Positions 11,681 to 35,210 of a stretch of 64,000 bases of DNA are shown here, piece after piece. The position numbers and the translations under genes were made by a program. How positions within the stretch are numbered: position 1 is the stretch's first letter; every line of letters starts with the position of its first letter. The stretch comes from Lingula anatina. Lineage: Eukaryota > Animalia > Brachiopoda. Below the pieces are notes generated by a model, which was given only the letters and a program-made list of their open reading frames with translations, was not told the DNA's origin and ran no database searches. The stretch is from contig CM120640.1 of NCBI GenBank assembly GCA_051362555.1, forward strand, positions 65,636,788 through 65,700,787. Direction: 5' to 3'.

Positions 11681-13499
11681 TTATTTGCAATATTAAACAA
11701 AATTTACCTGCATAATTATCACTGCTTACTTATTATTAATCTAGCAGAGAGCTTAACCTTTGGGAGTTTACAGGGAAATATCAACAAGTGTGCTTTATGT
11801 AATCTCATTTAATGGCCTATTAATGACTTTATAACTCTGAACTTAGCTAAGTGATACCCAAGGGAAATTTACAGACTGACCCTCTCAAAGATCTTTCAGG
11901 CCCATAAGTCACATCTTAAGAAAAGCACATAACAATAATGCACAAAATAGGAGACTACCAATTCTGATGCAATAATACATTATGTTTAACTGCACAGTCA
12001 ACATCAAATTTTAATTATGCACAACAGGTAACACCAACGAAAGTAAAAGCATAAGGCTTCAGGCCCATCAGAGTTCAAGTTTATACTTTGAAAGTGCCAG
12101 AATGAGAAAAATGAAAATTTCACACAAAATTGCATGAATTCAATGATAAAAGATAACCCAATTGAGCTGACTTTCTAATTTGAACTGCATGCCAATCCTA
12201 AAAATCATACTTGTAAGTTAAAAAATAATAATAAGTAACAGTTTTCTTTTCATAATGTTTGCAGTAGCAGTGCAAAAAGATTTTTGTCAATTTTGATGTA
12301 ACATTACATAATAAATTATATAATAATTATCACCAATTTTTGATTATTGACTATAAATAGCATGGGCATTTAGAAAATTTGATTACTATTCGGCTTCATG
12401 TCCATGGGAGCTCCGAGTCCCACCATGAATATGCCAACACGATAATAATGAATTTTTCACTAAAATGTATAACTTCCAGAAAAAGAAGCCAATTAGACTG
12501 CTTTTCCAACTCAGGCTGCATTTTAGTCCTGTGTTTCTTTTTTGAAAGTTTGACAGTCATAAGTAACACGGTTTTCCCATAATGGTCATCATGGCAGCAG
12601 CACCAAAATTGTGTTTTCTTCTGTTTTGATGCAACATTGCATAATGCTTAACAGCATAATGACCATCAATTTTTAATAATAATATATACCTATCATGGAT
12701 TTTCAGAAAATGTGACTAGCATGGGTCTTCAAGCCCGTGGAGGTTCTAAGTCACACCTTGAAAATGCCAATATGTGAAAAATGAAATTTTCACAAAAAAC
12801 TGTTTAACTGCCAGAAAAAATTACCAAACAGACTGCATTGCCTACTGAAGCTGTATTTTAGTCCCATGTTTCTTTCCTGTAAGTTTGAGAACAGTAAGTG
12901 ACATGATTTTCCTTAAATGGTCATCATGGGAACAGTGCCCAAAATAGGGGTTTCTTCAAATTTCGATGCAATATTACATAATGTTTAACAGCATAATGAC
13001 CATCAATTTTTAATAATAAAATATTAGTATCATGGATATTCAGAAAATGTGACTAGCAAAGGTCTTCAGGCCCATGGAACTTCAAAGTCACATCTTGAAA
13101 ATGCCAAAATGTAAACAAGACAGCACTTTTCTGAAATGGGTTTATTTCCATTTTTAACACTTTTTTAACATAAAACAAAATTAACAGTTTACTGCCATTT
13201 TTATATGACCAACTAAGAAAATTGATGAGATGGGAAAAATATCAATAGAACAGTATTAAATGTCCAATTTCCTCCATTCTGAGATTCTGAACATAGTGGA
13301 TGATTGAATCTGACAAACTGCAATGATATGTGTTTATTTCCATTTTTGACACTTCATTACACAATACACGATAACAGGTTTACCATCATTTTTACATAAT
13401 CAACTAACAATGTTGTAAAGATGCAGGAAATATCAAAAAAACACTTTTACATATCTTATTAGTTCAATAATGAGACTATTAACATGCCTAAGAATTGAA

Positions 13500-14140
13500 T
13501 CAGAGAAAATGTGAAAAAAAAAGCATAACTTCCCTAAAAATGACCCAATCATGCTGATTTTCGAACTTGACCTGCGTATTATAAATATTCATCAGTTCTG
13601 TAAGTTTCAAACCAAAAGGTAAAACGGTTTTCCACTTATCGTGTTTACGGTGTTGCATATATGCTGAAAAAAGTGAAAAAAAAAAGCAAAACTTCCCTAA
13701 AAATAACCGGATCATGCTGATTTTCGAACTTGACCTGCGTATTATACAAATTCATCAGTTCTGTAAGTTTCAAACCAAAAGGTAAAACGGTTTTCCACTT
13801 ATCGTGTTTACGGTGTTGCATATATGCTGAAAAAAGTGAAAAAAAAAAGCAAAACTTCCCTAAAAATGACCGGATCATGCTGATTTTCGAACTTGACCTG
13901 CGTATTATACAAATTCATCAGTTCTGTAAGTTTCAAACCAAAAGGTAAAACGGTTTTCCACTTATCGTGTTTACGGTGTTGCATATATGCTGAAAAAAGT
14001 GAAAAAACAGCATAACTTCCCTAAAAATGGCCCGATCATGCTGATTTTCGAACTTGACCTGAATATTATGAATATTCATCAGTTCTGTAAGTTTCAAGTC
14101 AAAACGTAAAACCGTTTTCCACTTATCGTGTTTACGGTAA
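13500..14140. repeat. Tandem array of ~4 x 163-bp units inside family B
   Basis: atgctgattttcgaacttgacctg recurs at 13551, 13714, 13877 and 14038. Confidence 0.92.
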
Positions 14141-14714
14141 AAGTGCACGCCAACGGCAACGGCAACGGCGACGACAGACGCAGGTGATGGCTATATGTAC
14201 AGACACATCTGTGTCTGTACATAAAAAGGCTTTCCACCCAAATCAGTGTGTACACTACGTGCTGGCTCGTTCTTGCATATTGTTCACGTGTGCTTTAGGA
14301 ATCTCCGTCTGTGGAAGCAAGATCGGCCCATTTGTAGGTGTACGGTTAACGATGAGGTTCAATCGTTCATCCCAATCCCAATGGCACTTTTCAAATAACT
14401 TCAAATCTAACGTTTTTTTTATACATGGTTTTAACATTTACTTATATGGACCCTTTGTATTAAATCCTGATATCAGAATATTTACAATGTAGGCCTACCT
14501 TCTCCACCTCCAACACACCTTCGTTGATTCAGTCCATAATGATCAATGTCAAAAGCAATTAATGATCTCTAAGCGCCTTTCTATGTGTAATATGTTATTT
14601 CATAGAAACTATCGGAGACGCATTGTACTAATCCTTTAAAATAATTTTGAATTAATATTTCAGATTCCAAACACCTGTAAGATACAGATAGAAGTTAACT
14701 GTAGAGCCGAGAAA

Positions 14715-17295
14715 ATGACGAACAAAGGACGAAAGGAACTGCTGCAAATTCTTCTTTCAGTAAGTATTCATGAACAGTGGAGGATCTAGGATATTGAAAA
14801 TATGGGGTAGGGTGGGTGGGAGTTGCCGTCTTTTTTACCTACTTAACTCCCTCAAGTATGCTGCAACGTGATATAAGATCTGCATCCTATAATAAAAGTT
14901 TTCCCGACTAGGCCTATTTGTTGATCCCCCCTCTCCCCATTTGGGCGTACTATTAGTGACAACCCTTGTTGAGCGTCAATAAAGGTGAACACTACATGTA
15001 GGCTACGTCTATGCATGGAAGTATAACTGGGAGTTAACTGGGAGTTATAATACTTCCATGGTACGTGTATGTGAGTGGAAAACGCCTTATTCCCAGCAAA
15101 ATCATATCTTCAATAAAATTTGAGCCTAATTTTTTACTTACTAATCATTAAATATTTATTGCAATTAGGAGACTTAAACAAATTAAGATAGCAGCCACAG
15201 GTATTGACCAATAAAACATTTTATATCAATTAATTCTAGGTATTCGTTGTCACAAGTTTCGGTTATATTGTCACGGTTTACGCAGACAATTGTAACAGTC
15301 CTTATAAAGGAGAATGCCGCGCTGAGGATAACTTGGAAGAGTTCCAGCCTGGTTGTTGTCGCCTATGCCCCTCATGCATGAAAGGAATGGGAAAACCCGT
15401 GAATGTGACAGCGGTGCGTCTTTTATATTAGAGTATTCACATCATAACAAATGCATCACAGCTTACAGAATTCATGTCTCCCTCTCTCTCCTTCTTGCAC
15501 ACATAATCCACACATACATGCAATCGAAGATACATATAGACCTGTATATTAATTAATTATAATTAATTAAGTAATGCATTACTTACCTATTTCACAGGAG
15601 GAAAGATGTAAAAGAAGTTGTGTGAACTGTATTCGAGGGGAGACGTACAACGATAAATCACGTAGCTACGACTGCAAACCCTGCCAGAGGTGCGATCTCA
15701 ATCGTGAAATTGTCGCGAATTGCACCCGGTTCAGCAACACCAAGTGTGGGCAGTGTAAACCAGGCTTCTACAGTATTCCTGGCCATCCTGCGTGTTTAAT
15801 GTGTGGTGGGAGCCAGCGAGTGTTTGAGCCTGATGAGTGTAGAGATTTTTTCGAGCGCCAGGACAGGATCATGGCTATAACTACGATGCATACTACTACT
15901 ACTGAAAACGTGACTGTTCCGGGCACAACTCCTGTCACAGTAACCTCTGTACCATCTTTAACGGCAAGGATCCAAGCAATAGGCCTACAGGGAGTTCAGA
16001 TTTTTAAAGGTAATTAAGTCAGTCGACCGATCAGTTATCGCAAATGTGTCTGAGTTGTTGCAAATGATGAAATCATCATAAAGTATCGATGGGCCTAGTA
16101 GTTAAATCCATCTCTTCCCTTAGCAAAATGAAAAGTTTTCAGCTTGGACCTAAATAGAGATTTAGGTCTATTTAGGTCCAAGTTTTCAGCGAATTTGCTG
16201 GCATGTATTTTTCAGGAGTTTGCAAGAAAATTTCGTATTGCTGCTTATTTGCAAAATAATAATAATAATAATAATAATGGCAAGAACGTAAAATTCCTTT
16301 TGCAATTTGCAGCAAATTCACGAAAAGTTTGCGGCAGGCCTGATATTTTGCTAAGGGTTAGTAAGTTAAGTTTAGGGATATACATTTGGATTGTTGCAAC
16401 GCATTTTACAGATGCGTATATTTTACTTATTGCTTACTTTTACCGTCAATAGGCCGAAAACCGTTAGACACTACAGACAGAGTCGTTATTGTCCTCTTTG
16501 TACTTGGGTTTCTTTGCTGCATCGTTATTGCTGTTGGGAAAATGATCAGAAAATGGCGTCACGAAAAGAAAGAAAATATGCGACGTGGAGGGGAAAAAAT
16601 TACGGGTAACTAAACCTTATTATTGTGGGGCAAGTACCCAACCAACCACATTCACGCTCGCTCGCACACACTCATCTGACTCACAAAAATGCCGTTCTAC
16701 ATGTACGTTTGCGTTGGCAGGTGAATTATTTTATGAGTGGTATTTAAGATATTATGAGAGCACTTGTTGTTTATGATAATTTCTTTACTCGCCGTGCGTA
16801 GCATTCCTTGAACAAGTTTGCACTTTTCATATTCTATTCAAACAAAATATTTTTTTAGTTGTTAAAGACGTTAACCAAGTAGGTGGCAGTCCAAACAGTG
16901 GTCTTGGTGGCGGCAACCTGTCATCCTCCGCTGCTGCCGACGTAAAGGGAAACACCAGTCACAGAGACGACGGAGACTCTGCTGGCAGTTTTCCTACACA
17001 ACGAGAGCACGATGACAGCACATGCCGCAAGGAACCAAAGAAACTGATAAGCTGTTCTGATTTAGAATGCGGTAAGACGGAGGGTTATGTCGGTGAGATA
17101 AACTGGATGAAAAACGAGGCTGTTCCTTGGGGTCCCGAAGAATTCAGCGCTAGCCAAGGCCCTGGAAATGGCGAGATTCGTATCCCTGTACAAGAGACAA
17201 CAGAGGTAACTGAAAACAAGCAAACCCACGCGCAAGAAGACGGGAAATCTCCCGACGACCGCCGCCCAATTCAAAATACGGAACCGCATAAATGA
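14715..17295 (+). CDS. TNF receptor superfamily member (type I membrane protein, no death domain), ~406 aa, 5 coding exons
   Basis: Exons 14715-14759, 15240-15413, 15598-16009, 16453-16605 and 16859-17295 are all GT-AG and phase-compatible (1221 nt). The protein has a signal peptide (LLQILLSVFVVTSFGYIVTVYA), TNFR cysteine-rich repeats (CKPCQRCDLNREIVANCTRFSNTKCGQCKPGFYS), a Thr-rich stalk, a TM helix (VVIVLFVLGFLCCIVIAVG) and a tail containing PVQET and PIQNT. Confidence 0.88.
16117..16357. mobile_element. Palindromic MITE in TNFR intron 3
   Basis: TIR CCCTTAGCAAAAT / ATTTTGCTAAGGG flanked by TT on both sides. Internal IRs gaatttgctg / cagcaaattc, a perfect 15-bp hairpin TTGGACCTAAATAGA..TCTATTTAGGTCCAA and a central (AAT)n. 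Confidence 0.65.
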
Positions 17296-17428
17296 TGTAA
17301 ACCCAGGTGGCTTGCTACTCTTTGTATATCAGCTTGCTTGCAAAAGGGGGTCAGATGAATGAAGAGTATTGCATGTTACCAAAGCTTATTCTAATTCACC
17401 GTAAGGCGCAATATGTGCCATCGTTACC

Positions 17429-17571
17429 CAGGCCCGTAGCCAGAAATTTCAAAAGGGGGGTTCTTTTTCTGAAAAAGTGGACCTTTTACCATGAAACTTC
17501 CATGTACCTTAAATAAATTTCACCCAGAGAGGACCTTTTCCTTTGAACCCCCACCCCCGGCTACGGACCTC
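17429..17571. mobile_element. Small MITE downstream of the TNFR stop
   Basis: Ends CAGGCCCGTAGCC / GGCTACGGACCTC, flanked by the direct repeat TTACC (17424-17428, 17572-17576). Confidence 0.55.
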
Positions 17572-19801
17572 TTACCGCAGGTATATATAGGCACAAGTTC
17601 CTGTATGGTAATTTCTCAAAATGTTAACATTTGAGTCAAAGCATGCAGTGACGCACACATTTTATTTTGACTTGTCTCATTTTTTCTGCTGTTTTTTTTT
17701 TTTTTTTTTTTTTTTTTACACTATAGAGGCATCCAATATGGAATACAATCAATAGTGATTTTAATTGAAAAAGGGATATGAAGCAATTATGCAAATATCC
17801 GAAATATTTCATGAAATGTGTGCATCACTTACGCGACTGAAATGTCAAACCTAGAGGCAACGGGGTTCAGGGGTGCGAGCACACCGCCCTTTTAGCAGGA
17901 AAAAGTCCTTTTTGAATCAAAATTTGATCTACATGTTGATTCTGTGTAATTTCTTAAGTTGGGTCAAATAAGGTAGAAATAGGTACAATTATACAGAAAA
18001 AGAACCATTATTTAAAACTGCTGGCTACAGGCCTAATCTGAGAGCCGACCGCTGGTCTACCGTCCAATGATGTGACATTCCACAAGTCCCTGTGCGGGAG
18101 TCTACTGGCGGATACAGTACTTTAAGTGACCAACTATTTTTCTAAACCTTTGGTCACATTTGTCTAATTTTTGCGTGTGCGTATAGAATCATGTTAGGTG
18201 ATTATTGAATAATCTAATTGTTGTTTTATATTTAGATGTATTTTTAGGATATGACTGTAAATTTGAATTGATTGTTTTAGATGAATATTGTTGAACATGT
18301 TATTATTGGCCTGTGTGATGTAATTTAATTTCATTAGTCATTGTGAATTGTGAATTACGTCATTGTGCATATTTCCATACTTAAATGTATTTAGAGAGCG
18401 TTAGTTTGGCATTGTTACATGTATCAAATCTACCAACTTCACCACATTCTCCAATTGAGGGTCTTGTTTAATAGAGTATGTATGGGCAGCTCTTAAGAGA
18501 TAGCTTTAGTTAACTTTAGGCAAAGAATTAGATATCTATGTATCTAATTCCTTGCTTTATGTAATTAACTTAGTTCTCTTTCAGAAACTTGTCAAAGAAG
18601 CCAACTTTGCGCTTGTGTACATCCTGTGTAAAAGTAAAGGAAATATTACAAAAAAACTCTTTGACAGAAGCCTTTTTTTGTGTCTTTGGACAGACACAGC
18701 TACAAGCACTTGTGCTGTCCCAGTTACAGCCAATAATAAAGTACTCAGCTATGGAAACTACATACACTCAACCAAGAAAGTTCAGAAACGTGAAGTTGTT
18801 TTTCAACAATTAAAAACTCTGTAATGTAGTGGGGAAATCTTCAGTGTAATCTTGAAGTAATGATTGGTGGGGGCATTATCCATCAATATACCTGATAAAC
18901 ATTTAACTTAGCTTACATGGTTATTCTATAATTATTCAAAATAACGTTTTTGGTTGAGTGTGGATTACTTAACTTATATATCTTATTCAAGAAAAAACTT
19001 ACAAACAACTAGGAAAGACTAGAAAGGATTTTATCATAATGGGATCTCTTTTTAACAAGGCTATTAGATATTCTTAGATTGGTTGTGTAAAAGACAAAGG
19101 TTGTGATTGCAGGGGGGGGGGGTTTGTCTAAACTTACATTTTATGATTCTATTCTACAGATATATATACACACTTCATCTGTAAATATATATATATATAT
19201 AGTGAAATTATTTTATTTTTCATTCTATTATGCAGATGTACAGGAACTTTTATTTTTTATTGTACATAATCTACAGATGAAGTGCTTATAAATATATTAT
19301 ACAGTGAATAAAATTATTTTATTATGTACATGTATAGCATTCAGAAAGTGGTTGTGGTTGCAGATGCATTTTGTTGACTGATTAATTTAAACTGTAACAC
19401 CAAGAACTAGAGACAGTGTCCGACATTGTATTGGCATTAAGAGAAATGGAGAGACATAGAGTGTATATGAATATTCATTAGTGTTAATTGGCCTGAACAG
19501 TGCTAAACCCTTGACGTGGAACCAAGTAAAAAAATATTGAAATTGAACAATTTCTTACATTTTTTTTATTTCCCCACAGTTATTTCACTTGAAGGTTCAT
19601 CCAGGGCACACAATATTAACATGAATTGCCTGGGGTCTTGAATCTGTAAAAGATATTATATGAATAAAGAAATGTTACTGATTATAAAATAGCATTGACT
19701 TCTGTGACAAAGGTCAGGTGATTTTTTGTGTGCATGCCCACCATACTCCATTCTCCATATGGTAATTTCACCATTATGATCTGTGGAAGCTGGGAGACTA
19801 A

Positions 19802-20083
19802 GGGACCATTTAGATTGAGAAGAGCCGAGTGCTAGTAAGGCTGAGACCTATATATATGGTGGACCTACATGAAAGGAAGACCGCTAATCCTGTAATGGTC
19901 TGTCCACCTCTCACACGCCTCCCTACGTGTCATCCCTGCAGGGGCACAGTAATTAAATCTCAGATCAATTCAACTGGTCGAGGGACAATGCGTGGGGAGG
20001 CATGTGAGAAGCAGAGACCATTACAGGATTAGCGGTGTTCCTTTCATGTAGGAATCTCAGCTCGTCTCGATGTGAATGCTCCC
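19802..20083. mobile_element. Tourist-like (PIF/Harbinger) foldback MITE, 282 bp
   Basis: TSD TAA at 19799-19801 and 20084-20086, with termini GGGACCATT / AATGCTCCC. Long internal IR cctacatgaaaggaagaccgctaatcctgtaatggtct versus agaccattacaggattagcggtgttcctttcatgtagg. Confidence 0.8.
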
Positions 20084-20355
20084 TAAATGACTGTCCACTT
20101 CTTAAAGCCAAATGTATACCTAAATAAGTCATTGAATAATTACATCAAACTAAACAAAGAAAAAAATTCACAAAATGATTACAGTACTTCCCTTTTACCT
20201 GAAATATGCTTTCTGCACACCTGTTTTAGTATGATTAATGCCACTATAAATATATCGACTGTATAATATAAAGAAACCTGTCTTAGAAATTCTTTATTAC
20301 ACAGATATTGCAACAATGTAAAATCAAATACAATAAATTAGCACCACTTCACTGT

Positions 20356-21543
20356 CTAGACAATAAACGGATCCAATACCTTCAACCTTAGACTAGAGTA
20401 CAGACCAATATGCTGGAAAAGATTTGGCTCAACATAATATGGTCTTACTTTGGATTTACGCATAAAGTCATCCAAAGCTGTATCCATTGCATATTTATTT
20501 TTGCACTCCACCTTACTAAGGAAATTGACAATTTCACGGCCCCCTTTCTGAGGGAATAACATTGCAGGTGTGCAGCAAGTAGGAGCAGGGACTATGTTGT
20601 AAAAGTGGTGTGATAGCCTTCTTAGTTCCAACACATTGACCCTTCCAATAGCAATCATACACAGCATAAAATACACGCTAAATATTAGCCACAAGCTATG
20701 AGTATTTTTACCAACAATGTGCGGTTTAACCACTTGACAAATCCAAACAGTAACAGCACCGAGGATAAAACCCATAATGAGGAGTTCTGGGATGCGATTG
20801 GGTTCTGGGTTAAAATAGCCTAGTAACCTCTCAGGGTGATAAAATTTAACATAAGCTATCTTGTCCTTGTTGAATGATATGCTGTGAGATTTATTATCCA
20901 TTAATCGGTTCACAATGTCTGGGAAAACTCTACTAAAATCAGGGTGAGGTAGCGCATCATCCTCAATAACAAAAGCAAACTCTGGATGTAAGTTTAAAGT
21001 TTTGTTCAGGCAATAGACATAATCCCGCTTTTCCTTTTCAAAAAGGTTCCCTGCCGAAGAACGCTTTTTAACATATGGCTGAAAAACTGTGACATATTTG
21101 GATAGATTTTGTGCCTCTTCATATTTGAGAGGGTTGGAATCCACATTGCAGACAGACAGCTCCCAGTGTTGTCCTATCTCCTTCATTTCCTTAACTATTT
21201 TCATGAAATGATGCAGACATTGCGTTAAATAGTGAGGTTGGTATTTTTTTGATTTCCTTTTAACAGTGATTATTGTTACTGCGATGTGTGGTCTTGTGAT
21301 ATCGGTATGTTTAGAGTTCTGAGGATTGGTTTCTCCTGAGTTTGTCACTTGCTCTTTAAAATAATATTCTGCTGCTGCCAGCCTCTGAAGATCAAGGTTT
21401 TTGAGATGTTCTACTTCTGCTGTGCTTGAGCCTTTGGAAAAGTAAAGTGAGTGCGGCAACTTCCAACACAATAATGGTAAAACAAACAGAAATGTCGCAC
21501 TGTAAAGCACCAGAAAGCCCGGGAGAAATTTGGGCATTCTCAT
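20356..21543 (-). CDS. PGAP4: Post-GPI attachment to proteins factor 4 (TMEM246), GPI GalNAc-transferase, single coding exon, 395 aa
   Basis: N-terminal TM anchor, motifs HYLTQ, EKEKRDYVYCL, IEDDALP, YVKFYHPERLLGY, CCTPAMLF and EPNLFQHIGLYSSLR, and two TM helices inserted in the catalytic domain, as in PGAP4. Confidence 0.92.
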   Translation of the reverse strand: MRMPKFLPGFLVLYSATFLFVLPLLCWKLPHSLYFSKGSSTAEVEHLKNLDLQRLAAAEYYFKEQVTNSGETNPQNSKHTDITRPHIAVTIITVKRKSKKYQPHYLTQCLHHFMKIVKEMKEIGQHWELSVCNVDSNPLKYEEAQNLSKYVTVFQPYVKKRSSAGNLFEKEKRDYVYCLNKTLNLHPEFAFVIEDDALPHPDFSRVFPDIVNRLMDNKSHSISFNKDKIAYVKFYHPERLLGYFNPEPNRIPELLIMGFILGAVTVWICQVVKPHIVGKNTHSLWLIFSVYFMLCMIAIGRVNVLELRRLSHHFYNIVPAPTCCTPAMLFPQKGGREIVNFLSKVECKNKYAMDTALDDFMRKSKVRPYYVEPNLFQHIGLYSSLRLKVLDPFIV

Positions 21544-21779
21544 GTTCTTCTGAACATCAGCATAATGCCTGCATCAGTTTTTAAGCTGAAAGAAAAATAA
21601 CACGTTTACCAGTACTACATGTATTAAAAAACATTTTTAACTTTCAAGTTTCAGTGGGCTTCTTAAAAGACTAAAATCTTCTGGTAAAAGACAGATACAT
21701 TGTAGTAATTCTACTGAAATATAAAATAAAATAATTTTTTTTAAATATTTGTCTGCTACATCTAGTTCTAGCACTTACA

Positions 21780-22150
21780 ATGGACGACTATTCATTTTCA
21801 TCTCGTCCACCGATCCAATCAGGGGTAATCCAATGTGTGCAGGCCGACATATTTCCTTTTTAGATCTCACTGTCAACGAGAGTTTTTTCGAGAGGTCACT
21901 TTGACCCCGCCATATTTGTCTCAATGTTTTGACATTCGTGTTCCCTGATTCCAGATAATATAGAGAATTCCAGATGCAGGAATGATAGAGGCAGCTTCAT
22001 GTCAAAACAAATCAAAACGATGCTCTTCGACCAATTTTGACCTCGACCTAAACTGCAGGTGATTGTTTTACATGGCAACGGCACCAAGTGCTGCATCATC
22101 ATGTGCATGTACAAAACAAATATTGTACATGTACAGTATGTGTCGCATCA
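21780..22150. promoter_or_regulatory. Probable bidirectional promoter between PGAP4 (-) and the uncharacterised gene (+), with an RFX X-box-like site
   Basis: Head-to-head genes with ATGs 868 bp apart. PGAP4 5'UTR donor (cttac ~21774-21778), locally raised CpG, CCAAT boxes at ~21815 and ~21830, and GTTTTACATGGCAAC at 22065-22079. Confidence 0.5.
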
Positions 22151-22410
22151 CTACTAGTACTACTAGGTACGTTTGTTCGCCACTCCACTCTTCAGCCTGT
22201 CGATGTCACTCTTAATGAAAGTCAAAGTGACGTTTTTATACATTACTACAATGTATACTTGAGAGTTTGATAAAACGGTACATTCACAGCATCACAACAT
22301 GAAAAATACACAAGATTAAAGTACTTAATAAGTGCTGGTGATAGAAAACTTGTACGTTACTTTCTTTACTTTCATATTCTGTTCACAGCTTTTCCTTTTA
22401 AAAGACATCT

Positions 22411-33470
<11,060 letters not shown>

Positions 33471-35210
33471 TTTAACCACATTAAATACATGACAGTGTTA
33501 AATTAAATTAAATCTTTTTATGCTGGTTTTTCATAGCTGAAGAAAAATCTGTGATATATTTTGTCTGTGATAATAAAATGCCCATTAATATGGCTTTGTC
33601 AACAAAGGACAGTGTATTTTATTATTGTAGATGACATACACGTACCCTTGTTACAGCACAACCAATGTCATTATTGCAGTGTAATGTTGCATTGCCCTCA
33701 GACTAATAGCTTCATTATGTAATTGCTGGACTGTCATCAGGACCATCTATCTGTATTCTCCTCAAGGTTTTAAGCTCTGTAAATGTATCTGGGGGACTTT
33801 CATAAATCTTGTCACTTGTTGTTTTTTTTATTGTGATTCAATCATTCCTTCATATCATAAATGATATATAGCCTTAAAAAGCTGTACTATGAAAGTTCCA
33901 TTTTCCCCCCTGTAAACTATTTCATCTGAAAAGAGCTGATGCAAAAAGAGAGGAAGTTTTGCTGTGGAATGGCCCTATACACTATTATTAGTATTAAGAG
34001 AAGGAGAGTGGATAGTCAAAGGGGCGTGTCCTGTGAGCATACGTACTAACTGCTGTCATAGAAGTAGAGGACAACTGTGGAGATCCCAACAGTACATATG
34101 TTCAGTGTACATCAGTGTAAAAGCTTTTTCAGTGGTGTAAGTTTTGCAGAAGATTCTTCATTTTAAATGTTATTATATTCAGCAAAATGTTGGGGTTTTA
34201 TTTTTGAATGGTTTTCATTTGTTGAATTTGAATACAAACAGTGACCTTAAAATAAAGCATTATTTCAATGTATTTCTGAGTGGTAAATTCTTTGCAAGTT
34301 GATTTGTTTGTATAGTTTCCTAATTTAATACCAATTCACTAATTGTTTCATGTTAAATCTAAATAAATGTGCTATAAAGATGAAATCAGCTTCTACCAGG
34401 TGTATATTTTCATTGTCCAGATATAAATATTTGAAAGGAATTGATATTTTTAAAGTTGGTCCAAAAATTGGTGCTAAATGTTTCTAAAAATTGGCTCACA
34501 ACTAGAACTAAAATTATACAAATCTTTACTTTCTTTATTTTGAAGCAGTGGTATAAACAACATGCATCTTTGATATAACATTTAACATTTTACTAAGAAT
34601 ATATGGAATAAATATGAAAATAATTCTAACTATGGAAAAGATGTTATTACAAAATACGAACTTTAGACTGTAAAGACAGTTTCTTGGAATGCTTCCCCCA
34701 CCACCATATATTTTTAGACTGGAAATTGGGATTTGTATTCAGTTAAATTCATAATCTCTTAAATGTCCTTAATTGTAAGATAAAAATGTGTTAAAACATT
34801 ACTCAAGTTACTCAAAGCACTGGCAAACTTCTAGCAAAAGTCTGCTCACAGCTACAGCTACATTAATAAAGGAAGAATGAATCTTGATGATAAAATGATT
34901 TTCTTAACCTTCTATATGACAATTTCACTAGATCTATAACAATTTTTCTTTGGATCTTTTCTGCTGTTTCTCATCAAAATAACCTGATGGCAAACATCCT
35001 TCTCATAGATTTTACCAAATTCCCTTGCACCATATGATATGTTTAAAGAACATAAAAGACCCTTGGATATATAAGTTTTGCCATATATATGTGTGTGCGT
35101 ATCATACATTTAAAAACAGAAATTGTACCAAACATAGATCTCATACTAAACAAGCAGCAACTGCAGTACACATGTAGTTACACAGTTTGTCATTGAAATT
35201 AATAAAATTA

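Larger units (their letters stand above)
10880..13110. repeat. Degenerate ~335-bp tandem units inside family B
   Basis: The anchor gatgcaa..t.cataat recurs at 10890, 11966, 12295, 12628 and 12965 (spacings 329-337 for the last four). Confidence 0.7.
10814..14225 (-). mobile_element. Non-autonomous Helentron-type element, family B, with two different internal tandem arrays
   Basis: The 5' end (minus strand) has a T-run, the hairpin TATGTACAGACACA-nn-TGTGTCTGTACATA (14194-14223) and a (GCCGTT)n microsatellite. The 3' end has the matching subterminal repeat ATGTACAGACA (10834-10844), the hairpin GGCAGC-aaa-GCTGTC and a CTTG|TTTT end. Confidence 0.75.

Noticed and set aside
1157-13284. Possible single 12-kb foldback transposon defined by inverted arms at 1.2-6.1 kb and 12.4-13.3 kb
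   Set aside because: The right arm is internal to family B (10814-14225), which has its own termini, and no TSD brackets 1157/13284. Two oppositely oriented copies explain it better.
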